From positions 1-28,778 of the IMG/VR virus record IMGVR_UViG_3300032234_000100: a DNA stretch of 28,778 bases, one strand, 5' to 3'. The notes below the pieces were generated by a model, which was given only the letters and a program-made list of their open reading frames with translations, was not told the origin of the DNA and did no database searches. Within the stretch, counting starts at the first letter, position 1; each line of letters starts with the position of its first letter. Position numbers and translations under genes: made by a program. This DNA comes from a virus. Taxonomy: Duplodnaviria > Caudoviricetes. Positions 7,954 through 17,735 of the stretch are shown piece after piece.

Positions 7954-9417
7954 ATGGCAATGACATTAAAGGCTGCACCTCAGCGACTCACTCCGGCATA
8001 CAACCCAGTCAAGTATATCTATGACTCGACCAACAAAAACCTAGGAGGCTTTAAGTATATCTTTGAGGTATACGAGTCAGGCACAGCTAATCAGATAGCT
8101 GAGTACAGGGTGCTACCTGTTTACTCTACGGGGTACGGTGAGATTGACCTAACTAAGTTACTCCAGTCTAAGGTAAGCTTTGACCTGGATACTATCAATG
8201 ATACATCCTATGCTGCACCCAATAGCTACTACAATTATGATGTCAAGGTAGGTGAAGAGTATCTCACTACTACCACATTCACATCAGCCATGACTCAGTA
8301 CACCACTGCACCATATGCCGGTAGAGTTCAGCTGAATGGAGCTAACAGCTTTGTGGTAGGTGATCAGATAGTCTTAACTCAGACAGGACTAGGAGCAGCC
8401 AATGCTAACTTTGATGGACTGTACACTGTGCTTGTTGCAACTCCTACCTATATTGTTATTAACTTCCTATGGTCAGGTATCACCAACATTAACAAGGATG
8501 TTGACATTACCTATGCAGATGGCAGGAGGACCACTACCTACAATATCATCAATGACCTAGATAACTATGTATTCAATGGTGCAGTGCCTTGGACTCAATG
8601 GCCTGGATACAGTGAGAATAATTACTACCTAGCATTAGGCTCCAGGTTCTTAACCTCATGCCCTTTAAGAGAGTTTTACTGTACCTTGTCTCAAGACCTT
8701 TGGATGAACGCAGTATACGGTTCTGTACCGGTAGGTATTCACAAGATTATATTTGAGAATGATGGCGGTGAGATATTTGAAAAGACTGTCTTTGCTAACG
8801 ACTACATAACAGGCAACGCAGTAGGACCTAACAACCTTGGGACACTCAACCCTGTATCAGGTGTGCTCCCATTGATTAAGCCAAACACTGAATTCTATAC
8901 CTACTACTATGAGCACAATGGCTCACAGGTTACTGACTACTACCGAGTGAATATAGATCGTAGAACACAAAGCCAAGAGTATAGTATTATATTCTTAGAC
9001 CGTTATGGCTCCTGGGGAAGTTTTGCATTCACAGGTAGAGCATACGAAACGGGAAGCGTACAGCGTGAGCAATACAACCAAGATGTGCAAGGTAAGATAG
9101 CAAGCAGTGAATGGACCTATGACTTAACTGAGAGAGGATATACCAACAGCTATGTAACGGTAGAGAATACCATTGACCTCAATACTAACTGGATGACTGA
9201 GGACATGGCTACCTATTTCACTGAGCTCATCAGTTCACCTTACACTTACTTCAAGGTAAGCAACTACGATGAGAACTGTGATATACCTGCAAGCACTGAG
9301 TACATCAGCTGTAATGTAGTGACCTCCAACTATGAGTACTATAAGCAACGGAACAAAAATCTAATCAAGCAAAGCATTACTATTAAGCTAGCTAATAACG
9401 ACATGGTCAATGGTTAG
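7954..9417 (+). CDS. Virion structural protein, probably distal-tail / tail-tip component
   Basis: 487 aa, beta-rich; C-terminal FLDRYGSWGSFAF...LNTNW...ELISSP; heads the tail operon. Confidence 0.6.
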   Translation: MAMTLKAAPQRLTPAYNPVKYIYDSTNKNLGGFKYIFEVYESGTANQIAEYRVLPVYSTGYGEIDLTKLLQSKVSFDLDTINDTSYAAPNSYYNYDVKVGEEYLTTTTFTSAMTQYTTAPYAGRVQLNGANSFVVGDQIVLTQTGLGAANANFDGLYTVLVATPTYIVINFLWSGITNINKDVDITYADGRRTTTYNIINDLDNYVFNGAVPWTQWPGYSENNYYLALGSRFLTSCPLREFYCTLSQDLWMNAVYGSVPVGIHKIIFENDGGEIFEKTVFANDYITGNAVGPNNLGTLNPVSGVLPLIKPNTEFYTYYYEHNGSQVTDYYRVNIDRRTQSQEYSIIFLDRYGSWGSFAFTGRAYETGSVQREQYNQDVQGKIASSEWTYDLTERGYTNSYVTVENTIDLNTNWMTEDMATYFTELISSPYTYFKVSNYDENCDIPASTEYISCNVVTSNYEYYKQRNKNLIKQSITIKLANNDMVNG

Positions 9418-12250
9418 GATACAACTAGCAACAGGCTACCTAGATGTTAAGGAAGGCACAGCTTTTCCTCTGACATTTCAGGTAGGAGATATCAGAGATA
9501 TAAGTCAAAGGAAAGGTAACTTCTCTAAGACCATTGTATTGGTAGGAAGTAAGAATAACAATGACCTACTAAACCACTACTACGATGTTAACATTGTAGC
9601 CGGTACCTTTGACATCAACGCAGTGACTACCTGCTCAGTTATCCAGGATGGCATACCAGTCATGGAGGATGCAAGCATGCAACTAACAGCCATTAAAAAG
9701 GTACAGCTCACAGAACAGTATGAGGAACATGTGGAGTATGAGGTACTCATCAAGGAAAGCAAAGCTGATTTCTTTACAGCCATCAATAACCTTGAGCTAA
9801 CAGATATAGACTTCAGTGACCTCAACCACACATACGATGCGTTCAATGTGGTTAGCAGATTCAATAACACTGTGGTTGATGGATTTAAATATTTTCTACC
9901 GGGTAGTGGAGATGTATTCTACAGCACTCAGGAATTCAAGCCTGCTGTGTTTGCCAAGACTTACTTCGATAGGATATTCCAAGACTCAGGATTCACATAC
10001 AATTGGGCTGACTTATATGATGATAAGTTTGATAGATTGGTCATCCCTTACAATGAGGATACGGACAACTTCGACTATGCTGACTACATTGTAAAAGCGA
10101 ACGCAGGACCTAACACATACACAGGTACATTCTTTGCAGGGTCTGCTGAATTTCAGAACCTTCAGACCATAGCAGGATGGACTGAGACTGAAGACCCTCA
10201 GAACATATACAATCCTGTGACAGGTGTCTATAGCACACCATTTAACATCAGCTCAAATAACGCGCAGCAGTATGACTACAGCGTTCAGATACAATACGAG
10301 ATAAGACTAGTCAACTCATCAGGTGTGACATTGTATTCAGGGATGAATGGTATCTCATCACCTGTATTCTTTCAGCCTCAGTTAGCACTTACTCGAAATG
10401 GTGTAGTGTCATATACTACCAACCTATACACCAACCCTGCACCATTGAATGGTAGCCCATTGGTTACCTATGCTGTGCAGACTCCGACATCGATCCCTAA
10501 TGGTACGACTACCATCTTGAGTCAGACTGCTGTGACAACCATGGCATTGACTGCTCAGAACTTACCACAGCTATCTCAAGGTAGGTTAGCTATTAAAGTA
10601 CCAAAGATAGGTACACCTATCACCAATGCATCTGCTCCACTATGGAGAACAGGGTCAGCATCAGGAACTCCATGTGCATCGGGTCAGATAAAGGTGCAAG
10701 CAGTCATCACTAACATTGACATCACTATTACACCAAGCAATAACATTGTGGCTATCGGTGGCACTATTGATGTGAATGACTACATACCTAGCAAGATTAA
10801 GCAGAGCGACTTCATCAAGGCTATCTTCAATATGTACAACTTGTATGCTGAGGTAGACAAGTCACAGCCTAATCAGCTAAACCTAATCCATAGAGATGAC
10901 TACTACGATGCAGGCAAAGAGGTAGATTGGACATACAAGCTAGCCAAGGATAGAGAGCAATCGCTGTCATTCCTGCCTGAACTAACTAGCAAGAAGGTGA
11001 TACTCACATACACACCTGATAAGGATAGCCCTAATCAAACGTATACGGATGCGACCAATCAAATCTATGGTCAAGCAGAAGTGGTCTTTGACAATGAGTA
11101 TGTGAAGGACATCACAACGCAGGCTGTAATGTTCAGCCCTACACCAATCATCAAAACTCCATTCGGTGCATACGTTCCGATGATTGCTGGTCAAGCTCCT
11201 AAGACTAACATCAGAATCTTATATGATAGTACAGCAGATATAGGCTTGAGTACTTGCTCACCATTCCATATCTATGACTATGGCACGACAGGTATGACAG
11301 GTGTGACATCATATCCGTATGTAGGTCACTTCGATAACCCAATGACACCAACTTGGGATTTGAACTTTGCTACCTGTGCATTCTACTACTACCAACCATT
11401 GACTCTCACTGACAACAATCTATATAATAGATATTGGCGCAGGACAATGGGTCAGATAAACAATGGTAAGATGTTGACTGCGATGTTCAATCTAAAGGAG
11501 TCAGACATCCAACTCCTTGAATTGAATGACAAGATTCGGATTGATAACTCGTGGTGGAATATCAATCGAGTGATTGACTATAATGCCAATGGCAATGAGC
11601 TTACTCAGGTGGAGCTTATCTCAGTAGACAATGAGGTGAACTTCATGCCATTCGTTAATCCGTTTGGCACCCCTGGTGTAGGGCTTCCAAATATCTCAGC
11701 TATTCAGCAAGTAGCTAACAGCACCATAGTGAAGACGAAGAGTATGAATAGCAATGTGCTTACAGGTGGTGGTGTTATCGGTGATATCGTGAATAGAGGT
11801 AACGTAGTGACAGGTGGACTACGAGTCATGGTAGCTACTGAAGGGTACTCAGTAGATGAGGATGGTATATTCACTGACAACTTAGTGGTAAGAGGTAGGA
11901 TGAATGGTATACCTGTAGACCCACCTTACTACAAGTACACAGCATTGCTCACACAATCAGGTACAGCTGACCCTGTGGCTGATGTCAAAGAAGGTAGTTT
12001 TGGAGATATCCTATGGGTACGAAACAATCAAGGAGAGTATGAAGGATTCATTCAGAATTGGGAGATAGGTACAATCCTAGCTAGTGAACTCACGGTGATG
12101 ATTAACAACGTGAACTATGATGGTGTCATTAGCGCTCAATACATCCCATCAAACAACAGCATTTATATATTAACAACTCAAATCGGTGTAGGATATACGG
12201 ACAACTACCTTAACTACACCACAATTGAAATAAGATATTACAAGCCATAA
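9410..12250 (+). CDS. Large tail-tip (hub/Tal-like) protein
   Basis: 946 aa; N-terminal LTFQVGDIRDISQRKGNFSKTI, middle KQSDFIKAIFNMYNL; adjacent to the tape measure gene. Confidence 0.65.
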   Translation: MVRIQLATGYLDVKEGTAFPLTFQVGDIRDISQRKGNFSKTIVLVGSKNNNDLLNHYYDVNIVAGTFDINAVTTCSVIQDGIPVMEDASMQLTAIKKVQLTEQYEEHVEYEVLIKESKADFFTAINNLELTDIDFSDLNHTYDAFNVVSRFNNTVVDGFKYFLPGSGDVFYSTQEFKPAVFAKTYFDRIFQDSGFTYNWADLYDDKFDRLVIPYNEDTDNFDYADYIVKANAGPNTYTGTFFAGSAEFQNLQTIAGWTETEDPQNIYNPVTGVYSTPFNISSNNAQQYDYSVQIQYEIRLVNSSGVTLYSGMNGISSPVFFQPQLALTRNGVVSYTTNLYTNPAPLNGSPLVTYAVQTPTSIPNGTTTILSQTAVTTMALTAQNLPQLSQGRLAIKVPKIGTPITNASAPLWRTGSASGTPCASGQIKVQAVITNIDITITPSNNIVAIGGTIDVNDYIPSKIKQSDFIKAIFNMYNLYAEVDKSQPNQLNLIHRDDYYDAGKEVDWTYKLAKDREQSLSFLPELTSKKVILTYTPDKDSPNQTYTDATNQIYGQAEVVFDNEYVKDITTQAVMFSPTPIIKTPFGAYVPMIAGQAPKTNIRILYDSTADIGLSTCSPFHIYDYGTTGMTGVTSYPYVGHFDNPMTPTWDLNFATCAFYYYQPLTLTDNNLYNRYWRRTMGQINNGKMLTAMFNLKESDIQLLELNDKIRIDNSWWNINRVIDYNANGNELTQVELISVDNEVNFMPFVNPFGTPGVGLPNISAIQQVANSTIVKTKSMNSNVLTGGGVIGDIVNRGNVVTGGLRVMVATEGYSVDEDGIFTDNLVVRGRMNGIPVDPPYYKYTALLTQSGTADPVADVKEGSFGDILWVRNNQGEYEGFIQNWEIGTILASELTVMINNVNYDGVISAQYIPSNNSIYILTTQIGVGYTDNYLNYTTIEIRYYKP

Positions 12251-12251
12251 C

Positions 12252-14531
12252 ATGAATGAAGTAGAAATTCCATTAAAGCTCGGTGGCTTAGGTGCTATCA
12301 AGGCTGAGCTAAGAGATTTGAAAGGTCAGATAGCTAATGCTACTGACTCTGAGACAATGGCTAAGCTAGCCCAAAGGGCAGGTGAACTAAAGGATCAATT
12401 GGCAGATGCCAATGATGCAGTCAATACCTTTGCTACAGGGTCTAAATTTGAGGCAGTATCAAATAGCTTCGGTAGTATGAAGGATAGCTTGATGAGTCTT
12501 GACTTTGAAGAGGCAGCAGATAAGGCTAAGATATTTGCTACCTCACTTGGGAATATCAAACCTGCTGACATTAACAAAGCATTCAGCGGACTTGTTAGTA
12601 CCATTGGCACAATCGGTAAAGCATTCATGTCATTAGGTCAAACCTTACTAGCCAACCCTATCTATTTGATCGCCGCTGTGATAGCAGGAGTAATTGCCGC
12701 TACGATTTACCTAGCCGATAAGTTAGGATACCTTGACCAAGTTACTGAGGCAGCAGGGATAGTATTCGATGCATTGATAGAAACCCTAAAGGAATTTGGT
12801 GAAGCAATGGGAATCGCATCTGCTCAGAGTGAGGAGTACATAGCTATGCAGGAGGCTAATGATGAAGCTAACAAAGCAGTAGAGAAAAGTACTATGGATG
12901 TAATGGTAGCTACCAATGAGGTAGGTACTGCATTCGAGTTAGCTAAAGAAGGTGTCATTTCTAAGGATGAGGCACTTGCCACTTATAATGAAAAGCTAGG
13001 TGATACATTTGGTGCAGCTACTACATTAGCTGAAGCGGAAAGATTATATGTAGCTAAAACTGATGCATACGTTCAAGCTACCATGGCAAGAGCTCGAGCT
13101 GAGGTATTTGCTAAGAAAGCAGCGGAAGCAGATGCTAAGGCTATTACTGCTAAGACCAAAGACCAAACTACTGCAGCTGATAAGGTAACTACATATATTG
13201 ATGCTAACAAAAAGACAGCCTATGCCATAGCTACATCGACAGGTTTATTAGGGCTAGCCGTTACTGCGGTATATGATAAACTAGATGACAGCGGTAAGAC
13301 CTTAGCTGATAGACAAAAGGTAAGAGTCAAAGAGGAGGAGAAGAGACAAGGTAAGATGTCTAACTTATACCAGGAGGAAGCAAAGAAAGCACTCAAGACT
13401 GCACTTGAATTAGAGAAGTCCAATGATATAAACATCAAGGGTGGTAAGGCTAAGACTGCAAGCCATAAAAAACAAAGCGACCAACGTATTAAGGATGCTG
13501 AGAAAGAGGCAGAAAAGCTACGTCAAATTGCTATCAAGGAAAATGAGGAAAGAATTAAAAGAGAAGATGCACAGTTTGACCTACTCAATAAGCTAACCCT
13601 TACACAACGTGAGCAGGACATCATGGCATTGACTCAAGACTACGATAAAAAGTATGAGCTTGCTAATGGTAATGCTGAACTTGAGAAGCTACTTGCTGAG
13701 CAGCAGAAAAAAGATATCGCAGAAATCAATCAGAAATATGCTGACGAGGCACAAAAGAAAGCAAAAGAAGAGGCTGACAAATTGCTTGCAGCTAAGAAGG
13801 CATCAGATGATTTGATATTCAACCTGAATGCTACTCAACAAGAGAAAGATATCCGAGCATTGGAGGAGCAACTTGAAGCAGATAGAAAAGTGCTTGGTGA
13901 TAATGCAGCAGCACAGCTACAACTAACTGCTAAATTTGAGGAGGATAAGAAAGCAATTGAGAATAAGTATGCTCTTGAAAGGATAGAGAATGCTAAGAAA
14001 GAAAGGGATGCTAAGATAGCTCTAGCAGAAGAGATATTCAATGGGGTATCTGAGGTAGGTACTGCATTGATCAAGGACCAAAAGAAACTAGAGAAATTCA
14101 ACAAGGCAAATGCATTGATACAGATAGGTATTGATACAGCCAAGGCAATATCTTCATTAGTTGCTGCATCTCAAGCTAACCCATTCAACGGATTGACAGC
14201 AGGTGCTGCAGGTATTGCTCAGTTTGCTAGCGGTATCATTCAGATAGTTACCAACATAGCCAAGGCTAAGCAGATATTAACATCTGGAGGTACACCAACT
14301 TCAGGCGGTGGAGGTGGTACAGCTGAAGCAACAGGTGGAAGTACTACCAATGTAGCACAGCAGGTACCGGCATCAGCTCAGTTATTTGGTGCAGCCAATA
14401 GTGGTAACGTAGTAAGTGCAGGAGGCGGTACAGCTAACAGCTCCATGACTGTCACAGCTGTAGTATCTGAGACACAAATAACCAACGTACAAAATAAGAT
14501 AACTAAGATTAATAAAAACGCTGAATTATAA
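12252..14531 (+). CDS. Tail tape measure protein
   Basis: 759 aa, Ala/Lys/Glu-rich helical, hydrophobic NPIYLIAAVIAGVIAA segment, long coiled coil. Confidence 0.85.
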   Translation: MNEVEIPLKLGGLGAIKAELRDLKGQIANATDSETMAKLAQRAGELKDQLADANDAVNTFATGSKFEAVSNSFGSMKDSLMSLDFEEAADKAKIFATSLGNIKPADINKAFSGLVSTIGTIGKAFMSLGQTLLANPIYLIAAVIAGVIAATIYLADKLGYLDQVTEAAGIVFDALIETLKEFGEAMGIASAQSEEYIAMQEANDEANKAVEKSTMDVMVATNEVGTAFELAKEGVISKDEALATYNEKLGDTFGAATTLAEAERLYVAKTDAYVQATMARARAEVFAKKAAEADAKAITAKTKDQTTAADKVTTYIDANKKTAYAIATSTGLLGLAVTAVYDKLDDSGKTLADRQKVRVKEEEKRQGKMSNLYQEEAKKALKTALELEKSNDINIKGGKAKTASHKKQSDQRIKDAEKEAEKLRQIAIKENEERIKREDAQFDLLNKLTLTQREQDIMALTQDYDKKYELANGNAELEKLLAEQQKKDIAEINQKYADEAQKKAKEEADKLLAAKKASDDLIFNLNATQQEKDIRALEEQLEADRKVLGDNAAAQLQLTAKFEEDKKAIENKYALERIENAKKERDAKIALAEEIFNGVSEVGTALIKDQKKLEKFNKANALIQIGIDTAKAISSLVAASQANPFNGLTAGAAGIAQFASGIIQIVTNIAKAKQILTSGGTPTSGGGGGTAEATGGSTTNVAQQVPASAQLFGAANSGNVVSAGGGTANSSMTVTAVVSETQITNVQNKITKINKNAEL

Positions 14532-14974
14532 TGAACTCCCTACAAGCAATCACCAACCACATTGAGCAGTTCTACAACAATCACCTGCAGGTAAAGAAAG
14601 TAGGTAGTGACTTCAAGGAACAGTTGTACAACTTCGCTACCCAGGATGAGAAGTACCCTATAGTTTTCATTGTACCAGTAAGCGTTAACCCTACAGAGAA
14701 CACATCAGAGTTTAACTTTGACATATACTGCTTTGATATTATTCAAAAGGATAGGGCTAACATCATTACAATACTAAGCGATACACAGCAAATATTGAAT
14801 GACTTGTATGTGTACTTTACTTACAGCAATGACTACAGCTTTGATGTCATAGGACTGCCTAACTTCCAGGCATTAAACAATGATCTACTTGACTATGCTG
14901 CAGGGTATGTTATGAATATCACTCTTACCGTCAATGACTGGACTGACTGTGCTGTGCCATTGTCAGGTAACTAA
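14531..14974 (+). CDS. Probable tail terminator/completion protein
   Basis: 147 aa; YPIVFIVP, ILSDTQQILNDL and AGYVMNITL resemble the gpU-like size and pattern. Confidence 0.5.
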   Translation: MNSLQAITNHIEQFYNNHLQVKKVGSDFKEQLYNFATQDEKYPIVFIVPVSVNPTENTSEFNFDIYCFDIIQKDRANIITILSDTQQILNDLYVYFTYSNDYSFDVIGLPNFQALNNDLLDYAAGYVMNITLTVNDWTDCAVPLSGN

Positions 14975-15003
14975 ACATTTCAGAGGCTTAGAATAATATA
15001 GGT
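14974..15003 (+). promoter_or_regulatory. Late-promoter motif copy 3
   Basis: AACA(14974-14977)-N16-TAATATAGGT(14994-15003)-ATG 15004. Shares the 21-nt GCTTAGAATAATATAGGTATG with copy 2. Confidence 0.75.
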
Positions 15004-16416
15004 ATGAGTGCACCAAATTGGTGGGGAGACTGGAGACCTATCCTCACACCTCACACCGGAAACCTTCAACCTACTGACTTGCTAGAATGTACTTCTATAG
15101 TGGGGGGCTTACCTGTTAACACAGCAATCACAGGTGCTCAGATAATAGCAGCTGCAGGTGGAGGCGGTGGTGCAGTAGGTTACTATGCACAATACCAGGA
15201 TAACATTAGTCAACCATTAGGTGCTGCAAATGTAGGTCAACCTGTTAAGTTCAGAACCATGGACTACAGCAATGGGGTTAGTGTAGTCAGTGATACTAGA
15301 ATAACCATAGCTAACACAGGTATATATAACCTGCAGTTCTCATTTCAATATCAGAACACAAGCAGCCAAGAGCATGATGTTACTGTATGGCTTAGAAAAA
15401 ATGGTTCGGATGTAGCAGGTAGTGCAGGCTTTGTAGCTGTTGTATCATCTCATGGTGGTACACCTGGACACTGCCTACCATCATGGAACTATTTACTTGA
15501 TGCAGTTGGTGGTGATTATTACGAGCTGTATTGGAGTGCTACAAGTACACAGGTGACTCTTCAGTTTTATCCTGCAGGTAGTCCTCCTCCTGCTACAGCA
15601 TCTGCTATATTTACCGTAACTCAACAGGCAGGTATCATAGCCGGTACAGGTATGACTGCATTGAATGGCTTGAGTGCAGATGTACAGACTATCAGCACAG
15701 GAACTACAGGTACTGACTTCAACGTGGTATCAAGTGGTAGTAATCATGAGTTCAACATACCAACAGCATCGGCTACAACTAGGGGTGCATTGAGCACTAG
15801 TGACTGGAGTACATTTAATGCTAAGCAGGCAGCGTTAGTATCAGGTACCAATATCAAGACAATAGCTAGCAACTCATTAGTAGGTAGTGGAGATGTACCA
15901 TTGAAGACTATTAATGGTGCAGGATTAGTAGGTAGTGGTAATATAGTCATAGCTTCTAGCCCATATACATTGATAGGGAATCAGACAGGGGCATATATTA
16001 CAGGTACTACTACCAATACTGCTAGTACTAATCAACGTATATTTGCCAATACAGTAAGCAATACTAACATTATTCAGGTCAGAACCAAGGTACATAAAAT
16101 AACGAGTACTACATCTAGCACTATCAGGATGTACATTAACACTACCAATAGCTTAACAGGTGCAACATTAATAGCTACTGCAGCAGCAATGGGTACTCTT
16201 GGTATACAATCTTTTTGGAGAGATTTTCTTTTGGTAGGTAATCAATTATATTGCTATAATCCCAATACAGCTATCTCATCTGATATCACATTTAGTACCG
16301 TAACCTTAGTATCATTCAATCCTGCGGTAGATAACTATATAATTTTTGCAGTACAAAACAGTGCTACTGCTGACTCGGTTAGCTTTTTAAGAACAAATGT
16401 AATGGTATATGCATAA
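15004..16416 (+). CDS. Modular tail fibre / receptor-binding protein
   Basis: Gly/Ser/Thr-rich; C1q/BclA-C-like beta module (ITIANTGIYNLQFSFQ...WLRKNG), linker repeats (KTIxxxxLVGSG x2) and a distinct C-terminal module. Confidence 0.7.
   Translation: MSAPNWWGDWRPILTPHTGNLQPTDLLECTSIVGGLPVNTAITGAQIIAAAGGGGGAVGYYAQYQDNISQPLGAANVGQPVKFRTMDYSNGVSVVSDTRITIANTGIYNLQFSFQYQNTSSQEHDVTVWLRKNGSDVAGSAGFVAVVSSHGGTPGHCLPSWNYLLDAVGGDYYELYWSATSTQVTLQFYPAGSPPPATASAIFTVTQQAGIIAGTGMTALNGLSADVQTISTGTTGTDFNVVSSGSNHEFNIPTASATTRGALSTSDWSTFNAKQAALVSGTNIKTIASNSLVGSGDVPLKTINGAGLVGSGNIVIASSPYTLIGNQTGAYITGTTTNTASTNQRIFANTVSNTNIIQVRTKVHKITSTTSSTIRMYINTTNSLTGATLIATAAAMGTLGIQSFWRDFLLVGNQLYCYNPNTAISSDITFSTVTLVSFNPAVDNYIIFAVQNSATADSVSFLRTNVMVYA
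15856..15938 (+). repeat. 48-nt-period imperfect tandem repeat in the fibre gene
   Basis: AAGAC at 15856 and 15904; ATTAGTAGGTAGTGG at 15876-15890 and 15924-15938. Confidence 0.8.
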
Positions 16417-16561
16417 GACATTCACATATAACGGTATTGAATATACCATAACAGGACCGGTAGAGATATTGAATGACACTCAACTCCATGTAGAAACTGA
16501 TAAGGGTATCATTTTAGTGGATGATACTATGGATATTTTTAAAGATTTAATCAATGGCTAG
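16409..16561 (+). CDS. 50-aa hypothetical protein, possible fibre chaperone (not in the ORF track)
   Basis: MHKTFTYNGIEYTITGPVEILNDTQLHVETDKGIILVDD...NG*; 8-nt overlaps with both neighbours. Confidence 0.65.
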   Translation: MHKTFTYNGIEYTITGPVEILNDTQLHVETDKGIILVDDTMDIFKDLING

Positions 16562-17006
16562 ATACGCAAACACAGGTGAGTTTAATGTCCTATATCCTAC
16601 CCGTAGGAAAATGGCTAACATCTTAAAGAGGATTATTCGTAATGACGTTGTGGATGGCGAGGGTACACTTGTAGAAAGTATCCGTATCAATGCCAAGGTC
16701 ACAGGCTTTCAAAAACTTGAGATCCAAATCGTAGCCATGTACTACTTTATCTTTCTAAACAATGGAGCATTTTTATGGAATGGTGGAGTAATTACTCCTA
16801 GGGATTTCGTTGCACAATTTACGGATGAGTTAAACGCTGCAGGTATCACTGCAGAAATATACAGCCAGTACACTGAATGGTTAACTAAAAAGTATCCATT
16901 GGTGCAAGCTGTTGAGGTCCTTGAAAATCAGCAAAAAATTGTGTACACATTTGAAGCAGTTGACCCTCCTGCAGGATTTACTCCAGGGTTCCCATTAGAT
17001 GTCTAA
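16554..17006 (+). CDS. Probable neck/tail-completion protein (HK97 gp10-like)
   Basis: EGTLVESI and YYFIFLNNG resemble the TGxLxxSI...YaxyveyG pattern. Confidence 0.5.
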   Translation: MARYANTGEFNVLYPTRRKMANILKRIIRNDVVDGEGTLVESIRINAKVTGFQKLEIQIVAMYYFIFLNNGAFLWNGGVITPRDFVAQFTDELNAAGITAEIYSQYTEWLTKKYPLVQAVEVLENQQKIVYTFEAVDPPAGFTPGFPLDV

Positions 17007-17735
17007 CTCTTTTTTCATACCCAGAACATTAAACACATAGACGAGTGGTAGGGCACCTATCTTATCACTCTTAGTTATGTCACCTTTTGATAGGCTATAG
17101 ATCATTAGCTCCCAAGACCACTTGGCACTCTGTTGTTCTTTCTCTATTTCTTTGATTTCTTCAGGATCAAGTTCTGCCTTTTCTTCATTGGTCAATGGAT
17201 CATCTGCTTCACCCATAAATAGGTTCTCATACTTTTTAAGAAAGTCATCCCTAAACTTTAAGAACTCATGTATCAATCCATACACATCTGTGATAGGTAG
17301 GTCAAGGAACTTATCAGCTCTAATGGTGCAGTCAAAGTCATAAGGCTCCATGACCTCATCGCCCCATTCATTCAGCTTAGTGTTCCGGTAAAGTATAGCA
17401 CATACATTAGCTAGGTTCTCTATATAGTTCTGACCAAAATAATAGTCCAGGTCAATGTACTCATATAGGCATAGCTTGTTGAATGGCTTGAGCTTCAACT
17501 CAAGTAGCTCATGTTTATATCTTTTGGATGGTTCAGATTTACACCACTTATTGTCTTTGATTAACTGACGCATCTCATCAACATCGAGCTCTTCAATATC
17601 CTCAATGGGTAAGTCTGACAAGATAGAAAGTGCCTCACTATTATAGTGATACGAACCCTGTGAGGCATCTATCTTATTAAACTCAATGAACTGTTCAACA
17701 GTTACATCATTCCACTGCTTCGGTAGGTGTATCAT
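16995..17735 (-). CDS. Putative tail assembly chaperone, long paralog (GT-like)
   Basis: 246 aa, acidic; LPKQWNDVTVEQF N-terminus; extra C-terminal WELMIYSLSKGDITK domain. Confidence 0.55.
   Translation of the reverse strand: MIHLPKQWNDVTVEQFIEFNKIDASQGSYHYNSEALSILSDLPIEDIEELDVDEMRQLIKDNKWCKSEPSKRYKHELLELKLKPFNKLCLYEYIDLDYYFGQNYIENLANVCAILYRNTKLNEWGDEVMEPYDFDCTIRADKFLDLPITDVYGLIHEFLKFRDDFLKKYENLFMGEADDPLTNEEKAELDPEEIKEIEKEQQSAKWSWELMIYSLSKGDITKSDKIGALPLVYVFNVLGMKKELDI

Noticed and set aside
8446-8455. Minus-strand CAATATAGGT match to the late motif
   Set aside because: No AACA at the expected spacing and no following start codon; it lies inside a structural gene.
15004-16416. Diversity-generating retroelement target
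   Set aside because: No reverse transcriptase gene and no adenine-specific template/variable repeat pair seen.
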